Assembly (NCBI GenBank): GCA_965261735.1 | Contig: OZ253470.1 | Coordinates: forward strand, 1,248,001 to 1,312,000 | Direction of reading: 5' to 3' | Length of the DNA stretch: 64,000 nt | Source of the DNA: Alphaproteobacteria bacterium | GTDB lineage: Bacteria; Pseudomonadota; Alphaproteobacteria; SHVV01 | In this document: positions 41,128-50,751 of the stretch, one piece after another | How the letters are laid out: each line of letters opens with the position of its first letter | Numbering within the stretch: the stretch's first letter is position 1 | Program-made: the position numbers and the translations under genes | The notes under the pieces: model-generated | Seen by the model: only the letters and a program-made list of their open reading frames with translations | Databases searched by the model: none | What the model was told of the DNA's origin: nothing

Positions 41128-41257
41128 CGCCCGGCGCGCGTTCGAAGGGGAGAGGCCCCCCCGGCCGTACTGATTGAAGTGGGCCTGCGTTGACCCCATT
41201 CGGCTAGCGGGGCCGCTGCATAAACCCCGTTGTGCTCACCCACGAGCGTTGGATGGC

Positions 41258-41688
41258 TCAGCCGTTGTCCGGAGCACCTTGGAGGTCGTCGCCATCTCTG
41301 TTGAGGGCCTCGATGACAGGGCACTGTGGAACTGAGCCACCGCCACACTGGGCGACAATCTGCATAAGAACACCTTCCAAGGCGCGCAGGTCGGCGAGCC
41401 TTGATTGCACGCCGTCGAGATGTTTGCGGGCCACCTTCTCCACCTCGGCACAGGTGTGACCGGGCTCATCGACGAGCCGGAGCAGGCCGCGAACCCCAGA
41501 TCACGCGCGCGGCGCACGAAGTTAAGGCGCTGGTGGTGTTCGCGCGCATACCGGCGCTGGCCACCTTCGGTGCGCGCGGGTTTCGATAGGACGCCGACCT
41601 GCTCGTAATAACGGATCGTTTCAGGCTTGCACCCCGTGAGGGCGGCAAGAGTACCAATCGTCAATTCGCCTTCGATCTGAGATTTCAT
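41258..41688 (-). pseudogene. MerR-family metal-responsive regulator, frameshifted by a short deletion
   Basis: TIGTLA..TGCKPETIRYYE and RRARDLGF; frame break near 41490, then HTCAEV...C..G..PQCPVIEAL (three Cys). Confidence 0.85.
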
Positions 41689-41716
41689 AACGAACTCGTG
41701 ATCGCGAAAAAAGGGG

Positions 41717-41747
41717 TTGAACCTCTAGTTACTACAGGTCCTATCCT
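41717..41747 (+). promoter_or_regulatory. MerR-type promoter/operator
   Basis: -35 TTGAAC, 19-bp spacer, -10 TATCCT; dyad ACCTCTAGT-T-ACTACAGGT at 41721-41739. Confidence 0.85.
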
Positions 41748-41778
41748 GCTGTTTGCAAGGGGAACGGGTGAAACGGCG

Positions 41779-42186
41779 ATGACGATACGGGAGCAACAAC
41801 CAAACGCGGTACCCGATGCGGCGGCCCAGGGCAGCCGGCGCCATCAGGGCCTCCTGGCGCTGGGCGGCATGGTGGGTGCACTCGGTTCCGCATCCTGCTG
41901 CATCGTGCCGTTGGCCTTGTTCAGCCTTGGCGCAACGGGTGCGTGGATCGGCAACTTAAGCGCGCTGATGCCTTACCAGCCGGTATTCCTGATCGCTACA
42001 TTCGGCTTCCTGGGAGTCGGCTTTTGGCGCGTCTACCGAAGGCCCCAGGCGGCGTGTGACGACGACGGCTTCTGCGCGCGTCCCGCTTCCAGCCTACTCA
42101 CCACGATAGGGTTGTGGAGCGCGACAGCGCTAGTGGCGGCGGCGCTCGCCTTCCCCTATGTGGCCCCGAGGCTGCTGGGCATCTAA
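41779..42186 (+). CDS. merT: Mercuric ion transporter MerT family
   Basis: ASCCIVPLALFSLG.TGAWIGNL..L.PYQP, AC....CA and FPYV. Confidence 0.9.
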   Translation: MTIREQQPNAVPDAAAQGSRRHQGLLALGGMVGALGSASCCIVPLALFSLGATGAWIGNLSALMPYQPVFLIATFGFLGVGFWRVYRRPQAACDDDGFCARPASSLLTTIGLWSATALVAAALAFPYVAPRLLGI

Positions 42187-42320
42187 AGGCGCGAGGAGAG
42201 GACTCTAGATGAAAGGCATGCCTTCGTTGATGGCCTTCGCCGCACTGCTCGTCGCCAGCATCCCAATTGCGAACGCGATTATCAACTTGACACGTCACGG
42301 CGGGCGAGTACGCTTCGGGC

Positions 42321-42836
42321 ATGGACCAGAGCAAGATTCTCCTGGGCAAGGCCCTGTACGTGGTGCGGCTTCTGGGCTGGTTGTTGTTCTTCGGAGGTCT
42401 CGTATGGAGCGTCGTCTCATGGATTTGGGGCGGAGGCTTGAAGGAGTTGAGCACACCGGAATATGCCGCCTTCACTGCCATGTTCAGTGTGGCGTTCATT
42501 TATATGAGCTGGCATCTGCACCAGCTTTTCCGCCCATCCAATCGCTTGGGAGGTATGACCGATGAATTCACCAGCGTGCGGGTCAGTCTTGAATGGTATG
42601 TGAACCCCGGCCGAATTGGGCAGGTAGAAATAGAAGGGCGTGATGAGGAAAACGTTCGCAAACTAGCGAGAGCTTTAGACGGATTACGTATTCCCCATCC
42701 ACCTGTGACAGGGAAGGGGATCACTGCGGGCTGGCACAGATTTCTCGTCCGCCTTGGTGCTGAAGCGAGAGTTCGGAACATACGCGGCGCTCGGCGCCTA
42801 TGGGGAAAGATGCAATCGGAGGCGGGCGGTGAATAA
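42321..42836 (+). CDS. IS1595 passenger: hypothetical 2-TM membrane protein
   Basis: 171-aa ORF inside the IRs, two N-terminal hydrophobic helices, lower GC than the flanks. Confidence 0.65.
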   Translation: MDQSKILLGKALYVVRLLGWLLFFGGLVWSVVSWIWGGGLKELSTPEYAAFTAMFSVAFIYMSWHLHQLFRPSNRLGGMTDEFTSVRVSLEWYVNPGRIGQVEIEGRDEENVRKLARALDGLRIPHPPVTGKGITAGWHRFLVRLGAEARVRNIRGARRLWGKMQSEAGGE

Positions 42837-42898
42837 AGACAATGCCTATCCGCCCGAGATCGCATGGCAACGCTTCGATGCGCTCTTGGACCGGATGC

Positions 42899-43753
42899 TT
42901 AGAAGCGGGCCACCAGATCGCCAAACATCGTTCCAGGCCGCTTCCGGCGGTTATAGCGATACTCAAACTCCTTCACATACTTCTGAAGGTGCTTCCCGGA
43001 CACATGAACGTGCGTCCCGCGAATCGACAGCTTCAACCGCGCCCAAAAGCCCTCAATCGAGTTCACATGGCTAGAGCTGCGCGCGTACTGGCCCGCGCTG
43101 TGGTTGACGGTCTGGTGCGTATACCCAATCGTCGCCAATCCGCTGTAAGACTTGAGTTCGTCAGTATGAACGGTGCTACCCGGCTCGACGTTCTCGGAGA
43201 TAAACGCCTGCAAAGTCCGCTTTCGAACGTTCGGGACAACGTTCGCCATCACGTCGCCGTCGCGCTCCAGCATCCCGAACACCACGGTCTTGTTCAGAGC
43301 GCCGCGACCGCGCTTGCCACCGGTCGTACGGCCACCAACATAGGTCTCGTCGGCTTCAATATCGCCGTCCAGCGGCCACTCTCCGTCAGTATTAGCCATG
43401 TGCTTGCGGATCAAATGGCCCATGCGCCAAGCCGTGGGATAGGACACGTCAAGTTGGCGCTCCAGTTCCTTCGCGGGGACGCCGTGGCGCGATGTGGTGA
43501 ACAGGACTATGGCGTAGAACCACTTGTGAAGCGGCAGATGCGTGCGGTGCATGAATGTGCCTGCGCACGGATAAATGTGGTGTTTGCAGTGCTGGCAGAG
43601 ATACGCGCGATCACGTGCCAGGCGGTAGAACTTCCCATGCGCCCCGCACTTCGGGCAGTCAATCTCGGTGCCGCCGTAACGCTTCACCATTATGTGGTGA
43701 AGGCACGCCTCGTCATCGGGAAACTGCTGCTGAAAATCGTAGAAAGTCGTCAT
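42899..43753 (-). CDS. IS1595 family DDE transposase
   Basis: CPKCG..CQHC zinc ribbon, EADETYVGG, HTDE..SY, NSIEGFW and EFEYRYN; RBS AGGAGG. Confidence 0.93.
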   Translation of the reverse strand: MTTFYDFQQQFPDDEACLHHIMVKRYGGTEIDCPKCGAHGKFYRLARDRAYLCQHCKHHIYPCAGTFMHRTHLPLHKWFYAIVLFTTSRHGVPAKELERQLDVSYPTAWRMGHLIRKHMANTDGEWPLDGDIEADETYVGGRTTGGKRGRGALNKTVVFGMLERDGDVMANVVPNVRKRTLQAFISENVEPGSTVHTDELKSYSGLATIGYTHQTVNHSAGQYARSSSHVNSIEGFWARLKLSIRGTHVHVSGKHLQKYVKEFEYRYNRRKRPGTMFGDLVARF

Positions 43754-44527
43754 TATTTCCTCCTGTCCCCTGCATATGGGGATTGAGATGTGACGTGTCA
43801 AGTTGATAATCGCGATTGCGAATGCAAGCGAGCACCGGGTCAGGCTGCAGGTCGAGAACATGACCTGTGCGTCATGCGCGTACATCATTAAGAAAACGAT
43901 CGCGCGCATATCCGGGGTAAAGGCCATCGATGTGTCCTACGATCCTAAAGAGGCGTTGGTCACATGCGACGTCTTGTTCGAGAACAGCCAGACCGATGTC
44001 GCAGCATTGGCGAGCCCCATTAGGGGCACCGGCTACGAACCACGGGCCCTAACGGCGGCCGAGTAAGCACACGACCAAGCCGCCTCGGCAAGAGCAATTC
44101 GGGGTACACCGGAGCATGAGCCCATGACCGAGGCCGCTCGCAAGCCGGATTGGGCGGCAAGCACGCGGACGTTTCTCGTCTTCTGGGGGCTCCCCATCGC
44201 GCTGCTCATCGTAAGCGGCGCCGTGGCCAACGAGGCGGTGATGATCATCGCCTGGCCGCTGTCGCTGGGCTGGATGGGCGGCGCCTGCTTCCTCAATGCG
44301 CTGCGTTGCGGTCGCTTCCATTGCCTCATTACGGGACCCTTCTTCCTAGCTCTAGGGGTGCTCTCGCTGCTGCATGGACTCGGTATCCTGCCGCTGGGTG
44401 CGCAATGTTGGTAGCGACCGTAAATTTCCCATTTGTAACGACCCAAAATTTCTCACTTTGGGCTTGTCGCTGAAGGCGTCCCGGGCCGCTCTGTTGGCTT
44501 TGCCAACAGAGCGGGATCGGTGCGCGG

Positions 44528-45379
44528 ATGTACAAATGGGAGACCAGGATGTTGTTGAAGCACTATCTGGACCGGGGTGTCTCGAAGGCGGAGCTGTCGA
44601 GGCGGTTCGGGGTGAACCGTCGGACGATCCACAATTGGGTCGATACCGGCCAACTGGACCGGGATCTGGCGGCCGGTGCGCGAGGGTATTCGCCCCGTCC
44701 GCCGGTGGCCCACAAGCTGGACCCCTACAAGGCGATCATCGACGCCCGTCTTGAGGCGTTCCCGAAGCTGTCGGCGAAGCGGCTTTTCGATGAGGTCCGC
44801 GCTGCGGACTACCCGGGCTGCTACTCTCGCGTGAACGACTACGTGCGGGCGACGCGACCGCGCGAACCGGTTGAATCGCTGGTCCGGTTCGAGACGCCGG
44901 CGGGGCGTCAGGGCCAGGTGGACTTCGGTACGTTCACGCTGCCCTGGGGCCGGCGCCATGCCCTGGTGATCGTCCTCGGCTTCACCCGGCTGCTGTGGCT
45001 GCACTTCTATACTCGGCAGACCATGCCGGTCCTGATGGAAGGTCTGGAGAGCGCCTTCGACCGGTTCGGCGGGGTTCCGGAGGAGCTGCTGTTCGACCAG
45101 ATGCGCGCCGTGGTGCTGTCCGACGACCGCGGGGCCGGCGGCGGCCTGGTGCTGAACGAGGAGTTTCTGCGGTTCGCCGCGCACTGGGGGTTCATGCCGC
45201 GCTCGTGCCGACCCTATCGGGTCGAGCGCGACGAGCGAGCGGTGCTTCTCCCCTTGGCGAACCATCCCTATCGACGTCTCGGAGTCCGGCATGCTCCGGA
45301 GCCCGCGCCGCGGCGACTGCCGGCAACCGTGAAGGTCGAGCGGCGACCGCTTAGTGTCTATGCGGAGGCGCTGCAATGA
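44528..45379 (+). pseudogene. istA: IS21 transposase IstA with an internal deletion
   Basis: HTH, RFETPAGRQGQVDFG, FGGVPEELLFDQM and CRPYR; the KGKVE segment and what follows are missing near 45220. Confidence 0.85.
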
Positions 45380-46001
45380 ACGCTCCGGCGCCGGCCCGGC
45401 GCGCTCTTCGCGGCTGCCGGCTGTGAAGACGCTCGATCAGTTCGACTTCGCCTTCCAGCCCAGCATCAAGCGCGAGCAGATCGAGAGCTTGCACGAGCTC
45501 GGCTTCCTGGACCGCGGCGAGAACGTGATCCTGCTCGGCCCACCAGGCGTCGGGAAAACGCACTTGGCGATCAGCCTCGCGATCGCGGCGGCCGAGGCCG
45601 GCCGGCGCGTCTACTACGGCACGCTCGCGGCGCTGATCGAGTCCCTCACCGAGGCCAAGGCCGCCGGCAATCTGACCCGGCGGCTGCGCGTGCTCACCCA
45701 TCCGGCCCTGCTGGTGGTCGACGAGATCGGCTACCTGCCGGTCAACCAGGACGGCGCCGTGCTCTTCTTCCAGCTCATCAACGCCCGGCACGAGAGGGCG
45801 TCGACTGTGCTGACGTCGAACAAGGGTTTCGAGGACTGGGGTGGCGTGCTCGGCGACGAGGTCATGGCGGCGGCTCTCATCGACCGCCTTGTGCACCACT
45901 GCCACATCGTCAACATCCGGGGCAACAGCTACCGGATGAAGGAGCATCAGAACCTGCTGCAGTCCGGCTCGGATCGACGCAGGAAAAGAGCCGCCGCGTG
46001 A
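45376..46001 (+). pseudogene. istB: IS21 helper ATPase IstB with a deletion/frameshift near its start
   Basis: GPPGVGKTHLA, LLVVDEIGY, LTSN and DRLVHH; the ATG at 45376 is out of frame with the body. Confidence 0.85.
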
Positions 46002-46704
46002 TCGCCGGCTCAAACGGAGACAGGAGCGGTGACACCCGCCCGCTGTGGATAACCGGGTTGTCGCCGCCAGACTCTTGGCGGTCGCTGCGCCAACCCGGTT
46101 ACCTACAGCTCGACCAAGTCCGACACCCCAAACACCGCCCGCTGGGGGTACGACCGAACGCTCAAAGTGAGAAATTTTCGATCGACAAAAGTGGGAAATT
46201 TTCAGTCGCAATTGACACGCAAGGCTGGCACTGGCTGGGCAGCTTAACAGCGGTAGGCGGCGTCAGCCTGACCTACGGTCCCGGGTGGATTTGGGGCCGC
46301 TACGTCGGAAGCAATAAGGACGCGTACAGATTGACGATACAACCCACGTCGGCCATCTCGTGCCCGGAGTGCGGCCATGTGCGGACCGAGATCATGCCGA
46401 CGGATGCCTGCCAGTTTTTCTACGAATGCGAGGGCTGCCACGTGTTGCTGAAGCCGCTGCCGGGGGACTGCTGCGTGTTCTGCTCCTTTAGGGACGTGCC
46501 CTGTCCCCCCGTTCAGGCGGCGAGCGCCAACAACACAGGCTCGGCAATCCGCCCCTGACCCGAAGCCTGACGCCGCTCGATTCCACCGGCAATCCCGTCG
46601 CGCTTGCGGGTATCGCACGGCGCCCTATATTCTGACACGATGCGCCCTGCGGGCGCCGCAACCGCGTCATCCGACACGCCACCCCGCCCGGAGGCATCGG
46701 CGAC

Positions 46705-48054
46705 ATGATCGTTTCAAGCCGCGCCGGCCTCAGCGCCTGTATCGCCGCGGTGGCGTTCGCGCTGTCATGGCCGGCCGCGGCCGAGAGCCTGTGGAACGCG
46801 GAGACCTTCACGCTCGCCAACGGCATGACGGTCGTCGTCGTCCCCGACTACCGGGCGCCTGTGGTGACGCACATGGTGTGGTACCGCGTCGGCGCCGCCG
46901 ACGAGCCACGGGGCAAGACGGGCCTCGCACACTTCTTCGAACATCTAATGTTCAAGGGCACGAGCGAGGCGCCGGGCGGTACGTTCTCGAGGCTGGTGGC
47001 ACGTCACGGCGGGCGCGAGAACGCTTTCACCACCCATGACGCCACGGCCTATCACCAGACCGTGGCGCGCGATCAGCTCGAACTCATGATGCGACTCGAG
47101 GCCGATCGGATGCGCAACCTCGTACTCACCGACGAGGCCGTGGAAACCGAGCGCGAGGTCATCCTCGAGGAGCGCCGCCAGCGCATCGGCAACGAACCCG
47201 GCGCGCTGCTCGGCGAGCATATGGCGGCGGTGCTCTATCTCGCGCACCCCTACGGCAACCCCGTTATCGGCTGGGAGCACGAGATCCGGGCGCTGACGCC
47301 GGACGATATCCGCAGCTTCTACGATCAGCACTACCGGCCCAACAACGCGATCCTCGTCGTCGCCGGCGACGCCACGGCGGCGCAGGTTCGCCCGCTCGCC
47401 GAGAAGTACTATGGCGCCCTCGCGGCGCGAACCGCGGCACCCCGCTTTCGTGTCACCGAGCCCGAGCCGATTGCCGCGCGCCGCATCGAATATCGCGACC
47501 GACGCGTGCGCCAGCCGAGCTGGCGGCGTAGCTACATCGCTCCGAGCTTCCACGCCGGCGCCACCGAGCACGTCTTTGCGCTGGTGGTATTGGCCGAAAT
47601 CCTCGGCGGCGGACCGACGAGCCGGCTCTACCAGGCGCTCGTCGTGGAGCGCAAGGTTGCGGCCCATGCGGGCAGCTTCTATTCGGCGAACCGGATCGAT
47701 CTCGCGCGCATGACGCTGTTTGCGTCGCCGCTTCCGGGCGGCGGGCTCGACGAGGTTGAGGCCGCCGTCGAGGAGGTCGTCGAACGCTTTATCGCGGATG
47801 GCGTCGACGCCGCGGAACTCGCCCGCGCCAAGACGGGGCTCGTGACCTCGGCCATCTACGCGCGCGACAATCTGTCGAGCGCGGCGCGGGTCTTCGGCGG
47901 CGCCCTGGCGGTCGGGCGCACCGTTGCCGACGTCGAGGCCTGGCCCGAGCGCATCGCCGCCGTCACCGCGGCCGAGATACGCGCGGCGGCGCGCCATGTG
48001 CTGCGCCGCGAACGCTCGGTGACCGGACTCCTCCTGCCCGAGCCCGCGAGCTAG
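46705..48054 (+). CDS. M16 family zinc peptidase (catalytic subunit)
   Basis: GLAHFFEHLMFKG (HXXEH), NAFT and EREVILEERRQR. Confidence 0.93.
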   Translation: MIVSSRAGLSACIAAVAFALSWPAAAESLWNAETFTLANGMTVVVVPDYRAPVVTHMVWYRVGAADEPRGKTGLAHFFEHLMFKGTSEAPGGTFSRLVARHGGRENAFTTHDATAYHQTVARDQLELMMRLEADRMRNLVLTDEAVETEREVILEERRQRIGNEPGALLGEHMAAVLYLAHPYGNPVIGWEHEIRALTPDDIRSFYDQHYRPNNAILVVAGDATAAQVRPLAEKYYGALAARTAAPRFRVTEPEPIAARRIEYRDRRVRQPSWRRSYIAPSFHAGATEHVFALVVLAEILGGGPTSRLYQALVVERKVAAHAGSFYSANRIDLARMTLFASPLPGGGLDEVEAAVEEVVERFIADGVDAAELARAKTGLVTSAIYARDNLSSAARVFGGALAVGRTVADVEAWPERIAAVTAAEIRAAARHVLRRERSVTGLLLPEPAS

Positions 48055-48085
48055 CGGGCGGCGGGCGGCGGGCGACGAGGGAATC

Positions 48086-49423
48086 ATGCGCACGCGCCGC
48101 CTGTTGGCCATCGTGGCCTTGGCCGTCGGCCTCCAGTCAGCGGGCGCCCCCGATGGCGCCGCGGCCACGCGGATTACCGCGCTGATCAGCCCCGGAGGCA
48201 TCAGCGCCTGGCTCGTTCACGAGCCGAGCATTCCGATCATCACTCTCGACATCGCCTTTCGCGGCGGATCGGCCCTCGATCCCTTGGGCAAGGAGGGGGT
48301 TGCTTACCTTGTCTCGGGCCTGCTCGACGAAGGCGCCGGCGACTACGATGCGCTCGCCTTCCAGCGCCGGCTCGAGGAGCTGGCCATCGGCATGGGCGCC
48401 GATTCCTACAAGGACAGCTTCCGCGTCCGCCTCAAGACGCTGAGCCGCCACCGCGACGAGGCGTTTCGCCTGCTTGGCCTCGCACTCTCGGCGCCGCGCT
48501 TCGACGAGGATGCAGTCACCCGGGTGCGCGCCCAGATCCTCAACAACCTCGCCCGCCGGGCCGAGGATCCCGACGCCATCGCCGGGCGCACCTGGTTTTC
48601 GCGCGCTTTCCCGAGCCATCCCTACGGCCGCCCCGGGCGCGGCACCAGCGAGTCGATGGCGTCGCTCGAGGCCGACGACCTCAGGCTGTTCGTGCGCCGG
48701 CGCTTCGCCCGCGACAACGTGGTTGTCGGCGCCGTCGGCGATGTGAGCCCGGAGGAGCTCGGCCGCCTGCTCGATCTCGTCTTCGGCGCGTTGCCCGCTC
48801 AGGCCGTACCGTCGCAGGTCGCCGAGACGGCCGCGGCGCGCCCCGGCGGGCTCATCGTGCGCCGCAAGCCGGTGCCCCAGAGCGTCGTCCTTTTCGGGCT
48901 TCCCGGCATCAAGCGCGACGATCCCGACTATTACGCCGCGCAGCTGATGAACTACGTCCTCGGCGGCGGCGGGTTCACCTCCCGGCTCTACGAGGAGGTA
49001 CGCGAAAAGCGCGGTCTCGCCTACTCCGTCTACAGCTTCCTGCAGCCGCTGCGCCACGCCGGCCTTCTGATGGGCGGCGCGGGCACGGCGAACGCGCGCG
49101 TCGCCGAGACGATCGCGGTCTTGCGCGCCGAGATCGCCCGCCTCGCGGCGGAAGGGATCAGCGCAGACGAGCTGGCCGACGCCAAGACTTACCTCAACGG
49201 CTCCTTCCCCCTGCGGCTGACGAGCAACGCCGCCATCGCCTCCATTCTCGTCGCCATCCAGATCAACGATCTCGGAATCGACTATATCGAACGCCGGACG
49301 GGCTACATCAACGCGGTAACCCAGGCCGATATCGTCCGGGTCGCGGAACGGCTGCTGCGGCTCGAGGACCTGCTGGTCGTCGTCGTCGGTGATCCGGAAG
49401 GGCTCGACGACGAAGGCGGTTGA
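48086..49423 (+). CDS. M16 family peptidase-like subunit (non-catalytic)
   Basis: LLDEGAG and LGGGGFTSRLYEEVREKRGLAYSV; lacks HXXEH. Confidence 0.92.
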   Translation: MRTRRLLAIVALAVGLQSAGAPDGAAATRITALISPGGISAWLVHEPSIPIITLDIAFRGGSALDPLGKEGVAYLVSGLLDEGAGDYDALAFQRRLEELAIGMGADSYKDSFRVRLKTLSRHRDEAFRLLGLALSAPRFDEDAVTRVRAQILNNLARRAEDPDAIAGRTWFSRAFPSHPYGRPGRGTSESMASLEADDLRLFVRRRFARDNVVVGAVGDVSPEELGRLLDLVFGALPAQAVPSQVAETAAARPGGLIVRRKPVPQSVVLFGLPGIKRDDPDYYAAQLMNYVLGGGGFTSRLYEEVREKRGLAYSVYSFLQPLRHAGLLMGGAGTANARVAETIAVLRAEIARLAAEGISADELADAKTYLNGSFPLRLTSNAAIASILVAIQINDLGIDYIERRTGYINAVTQADIVRVAERLLRLEDLLVVVVGDPEGLDDEGG

Positions 49424-49449
49424 CGCGCCCGACAGCCTCAAGAGCATCG

Positions 49450-50751
49450 ATGCGCTACCGACACGAGACCGCTAACTGCCTCACCGCCGCCATCGGCCCG
49501 GCCGGACTCACGCCGGCGCTGCTCGAAGCGACGCTCGCCGAGCTCGCGCCCGCGCTCGCGCGCCTGCGCGATGAGGCGGCCAAAGGCTCGCGGCCGTATC
49601 TCGCGCTGCCGGCGGCGCGACAGGACTTACCGCGCATCCGAGAGGTCGCCCAGCGCCTGCGCGCCTTCGACGATGTCCTCGTGCTCGCGACCGGTGGCTC
49701 CAGCCTCGGCGGCCAGTCGCTCCATGCGCTCGCGGACCGCTCGGCAAGCCCGCGCCTCCACTTCCTCGACAACCTCGATGCCGAGACGCTCGCTGCGCTG
49801 CTCGGCGGGCTCGAACCCGCGCGCACCGCGTGCCTCGCCATCTCCAAGTCGGGATCGACGGTCGAGATACTGGCGCAGCTGCTCGCCTGCCTAGCCCACG
49901 CGCGCGAGGCCTTGGGGGAATCCGAGATCGGCAATCATTTCGTCTGCGTGAGCGAGCCTGGCGACAATCCCCTGCGCAACCTTGCCGCGCGATTCGGCCT
50001 CATGGTGCTCGATCACGATCCCGCACTCGGCGGGCGCTACTCGGTGTTGTCGCTGGTCGGCCTGCTGCCGGCCCTCATTGTGGGGCTCGACGCCGAAGCG
50101 GTGCGCGCCGGCGCCGCCGAGGTCCTGGCGGCGACGCTGGCGGCGAGCAATGCGGCGGCGTCCGAACCAGCGCGGGGCGCGGCCATCGCGGTCGCGCTGG
50201 CTCGCCACAGCGGTATCGCCACCAGCGTCATCTGGCCCTACAGCAACCGGCTCGCGCCGTTCGGCCTGTGGTATCGTCAGCTGTGGGCGGAGAGCCTCGG
50301 CAAGGGCGGCGCCGGAACGACGCCGGTCATGGCGCTGGGCCCCGTGGACCAGCACAGCCAGTTGCAGCTCTACCTCGACGGGCCGGCCGACAAGATGTTC
50401 ACCCTTATCACGACGGACTCGGGCGGCCGCGGCGCGCTCATCGACCCGGGACTCGCGGGCGAGAACCTCGCCTGGCTCGGCGGGCGCCGCATCGGCGACG
50501 TGATCGCGGCGGCGAACCGGGCCACGGCCGAAACCCTGGCCGAGCGCGGCCGGCCGGTGCGCACCATCGCCATCGAGGCCGCCGACGAGGGGGCGCTCGG
50601 GGCCCTGTTCATGCATTTCATGCTGGAAACGGTGCTGGCGGCCGACCTCCTGGGTGTCGATCCCTTCGACCAGCCGGCCGTGGAGGCGGGCAAGGTGCTG
50701 GCCCGCCGCTACCTCACCGAGGCGGGCGCCAGGGGGCGGGCCCCGTCGTGA
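49450..50751 (+). CDS. pgi: Glucose-6-phosphate isomerase (short type)
   Basis: [38 protein letters not shown] and [10 protein letters not shown]. Confidence 0.92.
   Translation: MRYRHETANCLTAAIGPAGLTPALLEATLAELAPALARLRDEAAKGSRPYLALPAARQDLPRIREVAQRLRAFDDVLVLATGGSSLGGQSLHALADRSASPRLHFLDNLDAETLAALLGGLEPARTACLAISKSGSTVEILAQLLACLAHAREALGESEIGNHFVCVSEPGDNPLRNLAARFGLMVLDHDPALGGRYSVLSLVGLLPALIVGLDAEAVRAGAAEVLAATLAASNAAASEPARGAAIAVALARHSGIATSVIWPYSNRLAPFGLWYRQLWAESLGKGGAGTTPVMALGPVDQHSQLQLYLDGPADKMFTLITTDSGGRGALIDPGLAGENLAWLGGRRIGDVIAAANRATAETLAERGRPVRTIAIEAADEGALGALFMHFMLETVLAADLLGVDPFDQPAVEAGKVLARRYLTEAGARGRAPS

Larger units (their letters stand above)
42274..43814 (-). mobile_element. IS1595-family element carrying a passenger gene
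   Basis: Perfect 25-bp IRs CGCGATTATCAACTTGACACGTCAC (42274-42298, 43790-43814); 8-bp TSD ATTGCGAA (42266-42273, 43815-43822). Confidence 0.93.
42209..44066 (+). pseudogene. merP: Periplasmic metal-binding protein MerP/HMA, interrupted by IS1595
   Basis: Signal peptide at 42209-42273; the part after the IS (43823-44066) carries MTCASC; removing the IS and one TSD restores the frame. Confidence 0.85.
44406..46217 (+). mobile_element. IS21-family element, internally deleted
   Basis: TG...CA termini with repeated AAATTTC(C/T)CA motifs at both ends; 5-bp TSD CGCAA (44401-44405, 46218-46222). Confidence 0.9.
44124..46558 (+). pseudogene. Cys-containing membrane protein continuing into a GDCCVxC domain, interrupted by IS21
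   Basis: 5' part WMGGACFLNALRCGRFHCLITGPFF (44124-44405); 3' part (46223-46558) GWHWL...CPECG...MPTDACQFFYECEGC...PGDCCVFCS..VPCPP; in frame once the IS is removed. Confidence 0.8.

Noticed and set aside
46331-46558. Selenoprotein form of the GDCCVxC domain
   Set aside because: All Cys positions are TGC codons; there is no in-frame TGA before the end
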